Positions 1-10,180 of a stretch of 64,000 nucleotides of DNA are shown here, piece by piece. Below the pieces are notes generated by a model. The model saw only the letters and a program-made list of their open reading frames with translations. It searched no databases and had not been told where the DNA came from. The translations under genes were made by a program, and so were the position numbers. How positions within the stretch are numbered: the first letter of the stretch is position 1; the number at the start of each line of letters is the position of its first letter. This stretch comes from Methanosarcina sp. Lineage in GTDB: Archaea > Halobacteriota > Methanosarcinia > Methanosarcinales > Methanosarcinaceae. The stretch is from NCBI RefSeq assembly GCF_035390745.1, contig NZ_DAOOUJ010000004.1, forward strand, positions 1,375-65,374. The letters run 5' to 3'.

Positions 1-54
1 TTCAACCTGTGTTTTATATAACGATTATATAATAAAAGGAAGATTCCAAGTACC

Positions 55-666
55 ATGACATTTAATTCCCTGAGACCTGTTGCTACGAGAGTTATTGATC
101 CTCTCGCAGATTTCTTCATAAAATATGAGGTCTCACCTGATACGGTTTCCATAGTTTCCCTTATCTGCGCCTTCTTTGCAGGGCTCAGTTTTTACCTTTC
201 TCCTGGATATAAGGAGCTCGTCCTGCTCGCAGGCATCCTTGTTATATTTAATTCTCTTTTCGATGCCCTTGACGGGGTAATTGCACGCAAATCAAACCGA
301 GCAACTCCGAGAGGGGATTTTCTCGACCATGTAATTGACCGCTATTCGGATATTTTTATCATCTGCAGCATCTTTTTTGCAGGTTATGTATCCTGGCAGA
401 TAGGAGTCACGGCAATTGTGGGAGTGCTTCTTACCAGTTACCTCGGGACTCAGGCTCAGGCACTTAATCTCGGAAGATATTACGGCGGAATTATGGGCAG
501 GGCTGACCGTCTCGTAGTGATAATTATTGCAGCTTTTGCCAGCTCAGTTTACTCTGCTTCCATAGCAGGTTTTTCCATTCTGGGCTGGGCTGTCGTCCTT
601 ATTGCTGTAACCAGCCACATTACGGCAGTTCAGAGAATTTTCTATATCTGGAAAAGGCTGGACTGA
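55..666 (+). CDS. CDP-alcohol phosphatidyltransferase family protein (archaetidylinositol-phosphate synthase-like)
   Basis: CDP-OH-P-transferase motif DALDGVIARKSNRATPRGDFLDHVID; several TM segments. Confidence 0.9.
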   Translation: MTFNSLRPVATRVIDPLADFFIKYEVSPDTVSIVSLICAFFAGLSFYLSPGYKELVLLAGILVIFNSLFDALDGVIARKSNRATPRGDFLDHVIDRYSDIFIICSIFFAGYVSWQIGVTAIVGVLLTSYLGTQAQALNLGRYYGGIMGRADRLVVIIIAAFASSVYSASIAGFSILGWAVVLIAVTSHITAVQRIFYIWKRLD

Positions 667-801
667 TACTTTTCAGCTTCTTTTGATTTGAGTATACACA
701 GTTCTCCTGCCGATCCTGCTAAAAATTTTAAACCTTTTTATGCTTTAAAACCGCTTTCTGAAGCGGATAAGTTAATGTAAGACAAAACCCAATACTGGAA
801 T

Positions 802-1242
802 ATGCCGTCTCAAAGAAAAAAGTACGAGTATCTGGAACATACCGCAGATATAAAGTTCCTGGCCTACGGAGATACCCTGGAAGAGGTATTTGAAAACGCA
901 GCTCTAGCCATGTTTAATGTTATCATAGATACTTCAAAAGTCTCGGGAGAGACGGCAAGAGAAATTTCCCTCACATCGCCTGATCTGGAATCTCTACTTG
1001 TGGACTGGCTTTCCGAGCTTTTATATCTTTTTGAGGTGGATGAAGTTATCTTCTGGAAGTTTCAGGTAGAGGAAATCAAGGAAGAAGAAGGAGAATACTC
1101 TATAAAAGCTCTGGCATCAGGCGAACAGTATTATCCTGAAAGCCATCCCTTTGAAACTGAAATTAAAGCTGTCACATACAATCAGCTGGAGCTTGAGAAA
1201 ACTACCGAAGGCTGGAAAGCTCAGGTTGTTGTTGATATTTAA
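802..1242 (+). CDS. Archease (RtcB cofactor)
   Basis: YEYLEHTADI and EIKAVTY motifs, acidic 146 aa, directly upstream of rtcB. Confidence 0.92.
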   Translation: MPSQRKKYEYLEHTADIKFLAYGDTLEEVFENAALAMFNVIIDTSKVSGETAREISLTSPDLESLLVDWLSELLYLFEVDEVIFWKFQVEEIKEEEGEYSIKALASGEQYYPESHPFETEIKAVTYNQLELEKTTEGWKAQVVVDI

Positions 1243-1481
1243 GAATCAGGAATTTTTAGGATTTTTGAAGATTCTATACATCACTTTTATTTATGGCTGT
1301 TATATATGACTGTAGTGTCCGTCTTTTACACAGTCTCAAACACCGTTTTGTCATGTCCCACAGTAATTTGGAGATCACCAGGGAAACATAAGGTACATGA
1401 GTAATTCCAGAATTACATTAATATCAGGATTATAATTTCAAAATTCTATCCACATTATTAAAGGAGTAGGGAGCATCAATT

Positions 1482-2984
1482 ATGGTAGAGAGTGAAGATA
1501 CCTTTGCTGAGGAATCGTGTACGGAAAGTGTGCATAGAGATGCAAGAAGCATGGTCAGAAAACTTTCCGATAATGACTGGGAAATCCCTAAAGGGCACAT
1601 CCCCAATATGAGGGTTCCAGGGCGCCTGTTTGTATCAGAAAACCTGCTTGAAAGCATTGAGCCTGAGACTATTGACCAGATCGCAAATGTGGCAACTCTT
1701 CCTGGCATTCAGAAATATTCCATGGCAATGCCTGATGCCCACCTCGGATACGGGTTTGCTATAGGGGGCGTTGCAGCTTTTGATACCGAAGAAGGGATTA
1801 TCAGCCCTGGAGGGGTGGGCTTTGATATCAACTGTGGTGTGCGGCTTATCCGCACAAACCTTCAAAAAGAAGAAGTAGTCCCTTATATAAAGAATCTGAC
1901 TGATGAGCTGTTTAACAATGTGCCTGCAGGCGTAGGTGCAAAAAGCCGATTCAGAGCCTCTGATAAAGAACTGGACAGTGCTTTTCTTGAAGGTGCAAAA
2001 TGGGCTGTGGAAGCCGGATATGGTGTGGAGGCAGATGTGGAACACTGTGAAGGAAACGGCTTCCTGGAAGGAGCAGATACTTCTCATGTGAGCACAAAGG
2101 CGAGAAAGCGTGGAAAGCCCCAGTTAGGAACTCTCGGGAGCGGTAACCACTTCCTTGAAGTCCAGTATGTGGATGAGATCTATGACCAGAAGGTTGCATC
2201 GGCTTTCGAGCTTGAAGAAGGCCAGGTTACAGTAATGATACACTGCGGATCAAGGGGGGCAGGGCATCAGATCTGTACTGACCACCTGAAAGAGCTTTCC
2301 CAGGCTGTAAAGAAGTACGGGATTGAGATCCCTGATAAGCAGCTTGCCTGTGCTCCTGCTCAGTCAAAAGAAGCACAGAATTATTTCAAAGCCATGCTCT
2401 GTGCTGCAAACTACGCATGGGCAAACAGGCAGATGATAACTCACTGGACAAGAGAATCTTTTGAAAATGTCTTTGGCAGGGACGCTGATGACATGGGAAT
2501 GAGCCTCCTTTATGATGTTGCCCATAATGTGGCAAAACTGGAAGAGCACAGCATTGACGGCATGAAAAAAGAGGTTTATGTGCACAGAAAAGGGGCAACA
2601 AGGGCATTTCCTCCAGGGCATCCGGAAGTTCCTTCCGCATACAGGGATGTAGGACAGCCGGTTTTAATCCCAGGCAGTATGGGAACTCCTTCTTTCATAC
2701 TTTGCGGCGCAAAAGAAGCTATGGACATTTCTTTCGGTAGTGCCTGTCATGGAGCCGGGAGGGTCATGAGCAGAGCACATGCAAAGAAAGAATTCCACGG
2801 GCAGAGCGTAAAAGAGAACCTGGAAGCTCATGGAATCACTGTAAGGGCCACTCATCCGTCCGTAATTGCTGAAGAAGCTCCCGGAGTATACAAGCCCAGC
2901 AGTGAGGTGGTAAATGTTGTGCACGAACTTGGTATTGCCCGTAAGATTGCAAGAGTAATTCCGCTTGGAGTTGCAAAAGGTTAA
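1482..2984 (+). CDS. rtcB: RNA-splicing ligase RtcB
   Basis: MPDAHLGYGFAIGG, GFDINCG, GSGNHFLE, HRKGAT, SACHGAGR motifs. Confidence 0.97.
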   Translation: MVESEDTFAEESCTESVHRDARSMVRKLSDNDWEIPKGHIPNMRVPGRLFVSENLLESIEPETIDQIANVATLPGIQKYSMAMPDAHLGYGFAIGGVAAFDTEEGIISPGGVGFDINCGVRLIRTNLQKEEVVPYIKNLTDELFNNVPAGVGAKSRFRASDKELDSAFLEGAKWAVEAGYGVEADVEHCEGNGFLEGADTSHVSTKARKRGKPQLGTLGSGNHFLEVQYVDEIYDQKVASAFELEEGQVTVMIHCGSRGAGHQICTDHLKELSQAVKKYGIEIPDKQLACAPAQSKEAQNYFKAMLCAANYAWANRQMITHWTRESFENVFGRDADDMGMSLLYDVAHNVAKLEEHSIDGMKKEVYVHRKGATRAFPPGHPEVPSAYRDVGQPVLIPGSMGTPSFILCGAKEAMDISFGSACHGAGRVMSRAHAKKEFHGQSVKENLEAHGITVRATHPSVIAEEAPGVYKPSSEVVNVVHELGIARKIARVIPLGVAKG

Positions 2985-3065
2985 ATCCTGGAAATTTAAC
3001 CTTCTTTTTTATTTTTTCTCAATTTCTTGAACGAGCTGGCTTTTCAGGAATTCTTTGAGTAAATA

Positions 3066-4196
3066 TCATTCTCCTGAAATAAAATCTGGCTCTGTGAATT
3101 CTTCCACTCCATGTATGCCTGAGCTGTCCTCAGGTCCATGTTCCTCATAGAATCTGAAAACTATCATACTCGAATATGAAGAGGTTACAAAAGAAGTGCC
3201 GTTTTCTCGGAATATATTCGAAAAATATTCCACAAGGCTATGGATAACTTTTTCGTTTTTGAAATCATGGAAAATAGTTACTGATTCTTTTCCGGGTTCA
3301 AGGCAGATTTCTATGTTCTTTACCAGCTGGGTTGCCAGGTACATCTTCCTAAAATAATTAAGTAAATCAGGAAGTGACATCTCATTTATTGACTGTTTGC
3401 ACAGGCGTTCCATGATCTTTGTCGGGTTCGGGACATCTCCCGCTGCAAAGGTTTCAAACTGGCTCCTGTGAAGGGTCACAAGATTGTACCTCTCAACATT
3501 GTATGTATACATTAGCTGTGTCCAGAATTCTGTATTGTCGTCAAGTTCTCTGCATACAATGTCAAGGTAACCAAAATGCTTTCGAATCCCTGGCATGGTT
3601 TCATTAGGAGAGACTGACAGGTTCTTTTTGAATGAAATCTGAGTTGAATTTGCACGCCTGAAAATATGTTCTACATCAAGCTGTTTCCATTTTGCCAGAA
3701 AATGGGCTATAAGCTGGGCAAAGAATTCTCTGCTGTTTACTGTGGCATTGGAGAGAAGTATAAGGGCAGATTCGGGGTCCTGTATGTCTTCACATTTTAT
3801 TGAAGTCCTTATTGTCCACTGATTGTTTCTGAAAATCCTGTTCAGATACTCTTCCAGCTCTTTCATATTGTTGATTTCAAAAGGATTGATAAGCTCATTA
3901 ACCAGTTCTTCATCTGTGAGCCTTCCTTTTGTATACCTGAAAAGCCATTCGAGCATTGTTTTATTGATTATTATATTTTCCCCGCTCTTAATCGTGTCAC
4001 TCAGCTCTTCTTTTGCGGGGGTTTCTTTTAAAAATTTAATTGCCTCTTCAATACTTCTATGATACGTAAGTGCTGTATCTGCAATTTCAATTGTGTCCCT
4101 TACTGCAGCGCTAAGATTCCCATCATTGGCATCCAGAAAGAGCTGTAGTTTTTTAAGGTACTTGTCATCAAGGGATATGTTTTTTCTGATCAGCAT
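3066..4196 (-). CDS. Conserved hypothetical protein, N-terminal ribbon-helix-helix-like segment
   Basis: 380-codon ORF; ATG at 4196 preferred over TTG at 4208; RKNISLDDKYLKKL...GNLSAAVRDTIE resembles RHH. Confidence 0.8.
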   Translation of the reverse strand: MLIRKNISLDDKYLKKLQLFLDANDGNLSAAVRDTIEIADTALTYHRSIEEAIKFLKETPAKEELSDTIKSGENIIINKTMLEWLFRYTKGRLTDEELVNELINPFEINNMKELEEYLNRIFRNNQWTIRTSIKCEDIQDPESALILLSNATVNSREFFAQLIAHFLAKWKQLDVEHIFRRANSTQISFKKNLSVSPNETMPGIRKHFGYLDIVCRELDDNTEFWTQLMYTYNVERYNLVTLHRSQFETFAAGDVPNPTKIMERLCKQSINEMSLPDLLNYFRKMYLATQLVKNIEICLEPGKESVTIFHDFKNEKVIHSLVEYFSNIFRENGTSFVTSSYSSMIVFRFYEEHGPEDSSGIHGVEEFTEPDFISGE

Positions 4197-4652
4197 ATCT
4201 TCACCCAAGATTTTCTGGTTTTATGGTCTTTTATGCCCCGATCCATGGTCTTTACCCCTGATATCGATAGCTTTCTCTCTTTCTTTCTTCAAAGGTTAAA
4301 AAAGTTATTTTGCCAGATCCAATCTATAGTCAGTGCCTGAAAATCTTTCTCAGTAGTTTATATCTTGGTAAGTACTACCGAATATTAAATCTTTCTGTTT
4401 AGTGCCATTTTTTGAGAATTTTCATCAATTTATATTATTCTTTAGATAAGCCAATTAATTTGCAGCTTCAATATTATTCTCCTTTTTTAATTCTTATCAA
4501 TTTTCTTTTCTCTGTAGTTTCTTTCATTACTTGATTGCCTGAAAAATGTAACATTTCCCTCTTAAGTACCAAAGCGGGAAAGTGGCAACTTATTTAAAAC
4601 AGATAATATCGGTTCACAATTCTCTATTTATATATGTAAGACAGTGTACAGC

Positions 4653-4673
4653 TTGTAATTAAATAAATTACAA
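4653..4673. promoter_or_regulatory. Operator-like palindrome TTGTAATT-N5-AATTACAA downstream of a TTTATATA box (4628-4635)
   Basis: Perfect 8-bp inverted repeat read directly; function inferred. Confidence 0.4.
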
Positions 4674-5014
4674 CAGTTAATGGGGCTCAAATACCCTGAG
4701 TATCAGATTACTGACACGCACACTCACAGTTTGTCTGTCTTGTTGTCCTTTGTTTCAGAAGACATAATTAGCCCTTGACAAACAGTGAGCTGGGATGGAT
4801 ATGTATAGCTCCTGATCGAGTGGGGGTTCTAAAAAATGCTCGTTCAGATTCTTACAATATCCTTATCTGATACAGGGTATAGTTGTTTCCCCATAGAGCG
4901 AGTTGGGAGTGGATTCATCGTACCTGGCCGGCTCATTAATACTTCCTCGCCTGCCAGGTACTTTCCTTCCAGTCGTCAATCCGAGAAAATATTCTTTTCG
5001 TAAATTACTTTTTT
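4658..5014 (+). ncRNA. Candidate sRNA or small-ORF transcript
   Basis: TATA-like box upstream, GC-richer than flanks, 9-bp stem GTACCTGGC/GCCAGGTAC (4920-4961), T-tract at end, no ORF of 60 aa or more; speculative. Confidence 0.25.
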
Positions 5015-5177
5015 AGTACCCTATTAATCAATTTTCTAATCCTGTAATTATTATAGTGCTTATTCGAAGAAAATCTTGATAAAAATCTTGATAATAAACA
5101 GGTTCACACTTTGTTAGGCTTATTTAAGAACCCATTTAAAAACAATTTCAGCAAACCGTGAATTAAACTAAAAAAGA

Positions 5178-5207
5178 AAAAGCAAAGAGAAAGCTCTCTT
5201 TGCTTTT
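5178..5207 (-). terminator. Terminator hairpin of the mtr operon
   Basis: Perfect 13-bp stem AAAAGCAAAGAGA/TCTCTTTGCTTTT with 4-nt loop, 32 nt past the mtrH stop, followed by a U-rich tract on the minus strand. Confidence 0.75.
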
Positions 5208-5239
5208 ACCTTGCGGTCTTTTTAACAAACACTTTGAAC

Positions 5240-6190
5240 TTATGTCAGTTTGGTAACAGGGTGGTTTGCCAGATCTGCGATCTCGACGCCAAGTTCCTTT
5301 GCAGTTTCACCGAGCATAATGTCGACCATTGCAACAGCCGGGAAAATCTGGTTGACGTTCTCGATAGGACCGTAGAGCAGGTAGTCAGAGCCTGCAATCT
5401 GGGCTACAAGGTTGGTACCAATGTCTGCAGGCATGTAGATTGCCTTGGGGTCAGGCTGGGTTTTCTTGAATTTGCGGAGCCAGTCCCATGCAGAAGCCAT
5501 GTTGTGGTATCCTCCGCCGATTGGCAGCCCGAATTTTCCTTTAAGTGTGGGTATCGAGCGGATTGTTGCGCCTGATCCTGCACCGAGAGGCATGGCTGCA
5601 ACGTCGATAATGGGATACTTTATTCCACATTCCTTGGCAACCTGGAGCATACCTTTGGTCTGTCCGGAACCTCCGACTTCAAGGATATCGATTTTTCCTT
5701 TTACGGTCGGGTCGGTTGCGTTGAAGGCAAGAACAATTGCAGCTGATACGTCGCTTTCTGTGAGGATATCGATTTCTGACTGCTCAATACTTGCGTTGAT
5801 TGAGTTGTGGATTGCCCTGTCTGCAACACCGATTTCGGTACAGTGCTTGGCTGCGGCTGCACGCACTTCTCCGGCTGAGGAGTCGATCAGGAAAGGTGTC
5901 CTGTCATCGATCTCAACGAACCAGTCAATGTAGCGATTAATTGATTCGGGAGTTTCTCCTACAATCTGGTTTACATAAGGGAGCCCTGTGGCATCGCTCA
6001 GGGATACCTGAGTGTTCCAGAGGGTTTCTGCAGCTGCCCTGTCGAAGATACCCTTGTCCTCATCAGTTACAATCTTGTGCCTTGCATAGAACATGGTACT
6101 GACTAATACGGTTGGGTGTTCACCCGGCTGTCCGCCGAACTTAACTCCGCCGATTTCGAAAACTTCCTGTTTCTTGTCAAACTTGAACAT
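5240..6190 (-). CDS. mtrH: Tetrahydromethanopterin S-methyltransferase subunit H
   Basis: MFKFDKKQEVFEIGGVKFGGQPGEHPTVL N-terminus; last gene of operon. Confidence 0.97.
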   Translation of the reverse strand: MFKFDKKQEVFEIGGVKFGGQPGEHPTVLVSTMFYARHKIVTDEDKGIFDRAAAETLWNTQVSLSDATGLPYVNQIVGETPESINRYIDWFVEIDDRTPFLIDSSAGEVRAAAAKHCTEIGVADRAIHNSINASIEQSEIDILTESDVSAAIVLAFNATDPTVKGKIDILEVGGSGQTKGMLQVAKECGIKYPIIDVAAMPLGAGSGATIRSIPTLKGKFGLPIGGGYHNMASAWDWLRKFKKTQPDPKAIYMPADIGTNLVAQIAGSDYLLYGPIENVNQIFPAVAMVDIMLGETAKELGVEIADLANHPVTKLT

Positions 6191-6203
6191 TTTGATCCCT
6201 CAC

Positions 6204-6422
6204 TTACATGAACATTGATGATACCGAGACATAGATCAGGAAGAGCAGCAAGCCGATTACTCCGCCATATAATATTCCGATATCTCTTCCTACCTTCTTT
6301 CCGATTCTCTGTGCAACTTCACTGTTGACAAACTCTATCTTTTCATCGATCTTATCGAGCCTTTTCATTACTTCGTTAAATTCGCCTGGCTCTACAAACG
6401 CTGCTGGTGCTTTTCCTTCCAT
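6204..6422 (-). CDS. mtrG: Mtr subunit G
   Basis: KIEFVNSEVAQRIGKKVGRDIGILYG; ATG at 6422 after GAGGTG RBS. Confidence 0.95.
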   Translation of the reverse strand: MEGKAPAAFVEPGEFNEVMKRLDKIDEKIEFVNSEVAQRIGKKVGRDIGILYGGVIGLLLFLIYVSVSSMFM

Positions 6423-6440
6423 ATTATTCACCTCTCAAGC

Positions 6441-6665
6441 TCATAGGCCGACAGCTAATGGGAGTACAACGACCATCAGCAGCGAAAAGATGAAACCTGC
6501 TGCAAAGCCGATTATTCCGGTAGCTGCTACTCCGGAGTCAAGCTTCTGGTTTCTCGCGATCAACTGTGCTCTATATCGAATGCTCTCAACAGTCGCATCA
6601 ATTGCACCCATCTGAGGGGCAAGAACCATTGGGACGCCTTTATCATTTTCTTCTGCCATTCTCAT
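6441..6665 (-). CDS. mtrF: Mtr subunit F
   Basis: [20 protein letters not shown] plus C-terminal TM; operon position (alternative start 6659). Confidence 0.95.
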   Translation of the reverse strand: MRMAEENDKGVPMVLAPQMGAIDATVESIRYRAQLIARNQKLDSGVAATGIIGFAAGFIFSLLMVVVLPLAVGL

Positions 6666-7387
6666 TACCTCCCTAGCAGTAACATCCCAAGCAGGGATAT
6701 GGTTATTGTCAACCCAATCATGGCGCCTTCAATCTTTCCTGCGTGAACTCCTGAGTGGAACTTGTTCAAGTTTCCTATGTCCATCATGCGGGCTTCAATT
6801 GCCTTCAACCTGCTCCGGATAACTGCGATTTCTCCTGAGACCGGTCTGACAACACCGCCTTCTTCTTCTTCTCCACCCTCTTCACTGATTTCCACAATCA
6901 ATGGGTCTGCATCAAAGGCACCTGGGTCTTTTGAAGCGAGTTCTCTCACCTTGGATGTGATGGCACCCATATCTTCGGTATCAAGCAGATTGACAACCTG
7001 AACCTGTTCCTGGAAACGGGCAATTGCGGCTGCATTCAGGTTTTCCACATACGGAATTGCACCCAGTGCACCTGCAATTCTGTTATCTTTTACACCGTTT
7101 GCATGGAGGCTCATCATTGACTGTCCGGTTATGTGCCCCTTAACCTCAGAACCGGTTACAAGCAGATATCTGATGTTCGGGTTTGAGATAATGTGGGCAA
7201 CGACCTTTTCAATACCAAGGTTTTCGGTCTTACAGGACCCGGTACAGGCTGCTCCTGCATCAAGGATTGGCTTTCCTGGAAGGTGTGAACCGCAGGTAAT
7301 TACCAGTACGCAGTTCTTGACATCGCCTACTTCATATTCTCCTTTCAGGATAGGCCATCCTGGGGCTGGTTCTCTCTTGTTTACCAT
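6665..7387 (-). CDS. mtrA: Mtr subunit A (corrinoid-binding)
   Basis: [25 protein letters not shown] and [10 protein letters not shown] (His ligand); C-terminal TM. Confidence 0.97.
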   Translation of the reverse strand: MVNKREPAPGWPILKGEYEVGDVKNCVLVITCGSHLPGKPILDAGAACTGSCKTENLGIEKVVAHIISNPNIRYLLVTGSEVKGHITGQSMMSLHANGVKDNRIAGALGAIPYVENLNAAAIARFQEQVQVVNLLDTEDMGAITSKVRELASKDPGAFDADPLIVEISEEGGEEEEGGVVRPVSGEIAVIRSRLKAIEARMMDIGNLNKFHSGVHAGKIEGAMIGLTITISLLGMLLLGR

Positions 7388-7388
7388 T

Positions 7389-7715
7389 TTACACCACCCC
7401 TCCCATCAGTCTTGCTATGTATATAACGAGGGCAAGCAGTCCGCTGAATGCAAGACCTACAACAACTCCGTAAAAGGAGTTTGAGTAAATTCCTGCCATA
7501 TAGGAAGTATTCTCACGGCCTGGCCATGAATTAAGAAGCTGTTTGCTGGGCGAAAGGGAATTTAACAGGTCTTCAGCAATTGCATCCAGCTTGTCTATCC
7601 TCTCAAAGACAGGTTCCATGGAGTACTGAATCGAGTCTTTCCTTTCCTGTGTGACGGTCCCCGATTCCGTGTCCATGACTAAATTTATCTCGGGAGCTAT
7701 GCGAACAATGCTCAT
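7389..7715 (-). CDS. mtrB: Mtr subunit B
   Basis: [24 protein letters not shown]; operon position. Confidence 0.95.
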   Translation of the reverse strand: MSIVRIAPEINLVMDTESGTVTQERKDSIQYSMEPVFERIDKLDAIAEDLLNSLSPSKQLLNSWPGRENTSYMAGIYSNSFYGVVVGLAFSGLLALVIYIARLMGGVV

Positions 7716-8515
7716 TGCAATTCCTCCGCACTTGGCAGCAGACCGGTTCCAACCACTGCATATGCATCTCTCTTAATAAATGCATAGTACCTGTTGAAAG
7801 CAACATACCAGATTACGATTCCCACAAGCATGTTTATGCCGGCAGTCATCAGTCCTTCATGGAGTGAAGATGCAAAGCCTGTAATTATTAATGCAATGGC
7901 TCCTTTTTCAACAGCAAGAGTCAGGGTCCTGTCCTGTTTCTCATCAGGTCCCAGGCAGGCGTTGAAGGGGTGAAGAATGCCTATACCACCTATTATAAAG
8001 ATCAGTGCAATGTATCCGTTTGCTACCACGTAATCGACAACTGAAGCAAAATCAAATGATCCTGCAATAACTACGCTCAGTCCAATAATTACAAGGGTAC
8101 CTGCACATGAAATCTCTACCATTGCCTGTTCCATTATTGGAATACCCATTCCGATTACTTTGTTTGCAAGGGCACCAATAACGCCACCTATAATTGCTGC
8201 TACAACGACGGCTACTATTGGTCCTGCAATACCTCCTATGGAAAGCCCGAAAAGGGCTGCCAGAATACCCATACCAAGGGATAGCATACCAATTGATGGG
8301 ACACCAGTACCAAGTCCATAACTTGCAACACGCCGGACAGCATCAGCACCCCAGACTGTTGCACAGATTGCCCCAATACCTCCGAAGAAGGAATATGCTG
8401 GAGGCATGAAGTGACCAAGGTAGATACCGACAAGACCGCCGACTATACCTAAAGCCATTATTGTTTGTGGAGGATACCCACCTTTAGCTCCTCCTCCTGA
8501 TCCACCTACAGACAT
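7712..8515 (-). CDS. mtrC: Mtr subunit C
   Basis: [22 protein letters not shown] motif; polytopic membrane protein. Confidence 0.96.
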   Translation of the reverse strand: MSVGGSGGGAKGGYPPQTIMALGIVGGLVGIYLGHFMPPAYSFFGGIGAICATVWGADAVRRVASYGLGTGVPSIGMLSLGMGILAALFGLSIGGIAGPIVAVVVAAIIGGVIGALANKVIGMGIPIMEQAMVEISCAGTLVIIGLSVVIAGSFDFASVVDYVVANGYIALIFIIGGIGILHPFNACLGPDEKQDRTLTLAVEKGAIALIITGFASSLHEGLMTAGINMLVGIVIWYVAFNRYYAFIKRDAYAVVGTGLLPSAEELQ

Positions 8516-8516
8516 T

Positions 8517-9269
8517 TTAGATACCTCCGAGCTGTGCTATTGCAATTACTGCCACGATAGAGCACAGTATTGTTGCTACAAGGGAGGAAATTACCGCCTT
8601 CGGCCATTTCTTGAACTTCGGGTCATGGAAACCTTCGATGGTACCTCCTATGTTATAGGAAGGAATTACAGCGTTCACGAAGAAAATGCCTATTGCAAAT
8701 ATTGCTGCAACTGCTACAAGCATGCTTCCGGTGACCGAATTGGTAACTCCAGAACCCTGCAGACCTACGCTCATACCTACTTCAATGAGTGAGTAATAAA
8801 CGAGGGATCCACCTAATCCTCCAAGACCTCCGCCTATGACTCCGCTCACAAAACTGACTGTTGGAAGCCCATGCCCTTCAGTACCCTGGGATACATACAG
8901 GTCCTGTCTGTACTTTGTGATAGGGTCAACTTTTACTTTCGCTGAAGAAGGAACAACACCTACACCATAAACATAGACCCAGGTACCGACAATCATGGTC
9001 ACAGCGATCATGATCATTGCACCAACTGCACCTGAGGCAAGAATCAGCGGAAGGTTGTCTGTTACATTCATCATGAAGCCTGCACTCACAAGCCCTGTCA
9101 GACCTGCGCCTGCTGCCAGCTGCACGGTACCGGTACCGATACCAGTTGCCTGAGCCATAGCTGCAGGTGCACCGCCTACAGGCACGAAGTGAACACTCCA
9201 GGAAATCAGAACACCGCCGATTGTGATAAGGGCCATCCAGATGATATTTCCTAAGATAGCATCAATCAT
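8517..9269 (-). CDS. mtrD: Mtr subunit D
   Basis: VHFVPVGGAPAAMAQATGIGTGT and SQGTEGHGLPT; true start ATG 9269 overlaps the mtrE stop (ATGA). Confidence 0.96.
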   Translation of the reverse strand: MIDAILGNIIWMALITIGGVLISWSVHFVPVGGAPAAMAQATGIGTGTVQLAAGAGLTGLVSAGFMMNVTDNLPLILASGAVGAMIMIAVTMIVGTWVYVYGVGVVPSSAKVKVDPITKYRQDLYVSQGTEGHGLPTVSFVSGVIGGGLGGLGGSLVYYSLIEVGMSVGLQGSGVTNSVTGSMLVAVAAIFAIGIFFVNAVIPSYNIGGTIEGFHDPKFKKWPKAVISSLVATILCSIVAVIAIAQLGGI

Positions 9270-10180
9270 GCGGAAGCCTCCTCGGTCTTGTCTTCCTTGT
9301 AAGGTCCGAAATCGCTGCGGGCTTTTACTTCGATCTTCCAGTTCCAGATAATTAATATAAGGACAATTACGACACCTGCAATAACAGAGAACCATCCCAT
9401 AGTCAGGCCTTTTGCAGGATCAAAAATAGTGGTTATCCAGCTTCCCAGGAATACAGTCATACCAAAAGCAAGACCTGTGACAGGTCCCCCGAACTTGGCA
9501 CAGAACCAGGAGTTATCGAACCCATCCCTGAGGCCGGACTCGGCATATCTTACAATGTTTCCTGAGTTTGAGGCATTAAGCCCTGAACCGAATTCAAACT
9601 GCTGGAATTCACGCTCTGCACCGTAGTGGACGTCACCTGTTGACGATCCGATTGCACCTACTGTGATGCCCCAGATAAAAGCCAGCATAGTTAGCGGGAA
9701 GGGGTGTCCGAGCACAACGGTCATCAAATACGATACTACTAGAACACAGAAGGTTGTTATAAACGCATATCCCATAATTGCCGGGGTATGAGCTCTTATC
9801 ATATCCAGATAAATCGGCTGCTTGAACCGACTCTGACTGGCACATCTGCCCATTGTGGCAGTTACCGCAAAAGTACCATGTACGCATGCTGCAATAAGGG
9901 AACCAAATACCAGTGCAAAGAGTGGGGATACGGTGAATTCAGCTATTAATACTGTTGCAATGGCTGCACCGATCGAACACATTAATGCGTTGGATGGTGG
10001 TTCTCCAGATATCGCTTTGTTAAATATCCTGTGGGGAAACATCATTTGGGGAGCTAACTGCACCTGAGAGTTAGGGTTACTCTGCGATCCTATATCTGAT
10101 TCCAGGTCTTCTGAAGCACCTGCAATGGTCGCAGCCACTCCGATAAGTGCAAGCACTCCCATGCCTATGAGTGGTTCCAT
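9266..10180 (-). CDS. mtrE: Mtr subunit E
   Basis: ASEDLESDIGSQSNPNSQVQLAPQM and GDVHYGAERE; AGGAGG RBS. Confidence 0.97.
   Translation of the reverse strand: MEPLIGMGVLALIGVAATIAGASEDLESDIGSQSNPNSQVQLAPQMMFPHRIFNKAISGEPPSNALMCSIGAAIATVLIAEFTVSPLFALVFGSLIAACVHGTFAVTATMGRCASQSRFKQPIYLDMIRAHTPAIMGYAFITTFCVLVVSYLMTVVLGHPFPLTMLAFIWGITVGAIGSSTGDVHYGAEREFQQFEFGSGLNASNSGNIVRYAESGLRDGFDNSWFCAKFGGPVTGLAFGMTVFLGSWITTIFDPAKGLTMGWFSVIAGVVIVLILIIWNWKIEVKARSDFGPYKEDKTEEASA

Noticed and set aside
15-25. TATATAACGAT, identical to an E. coli-type ModE half-site
   Set aside because: No partner half-site, overlaps the TATA-like promoter of a lipid gene, and differs from the local CGTTATGT-type box
9270-9395. 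42-codon N-terminal extension of mtrD in the ORF track
   Set aside because: Lies within mtrE; the ATGA overlap at 9266-9269 gives the expected MtrD start
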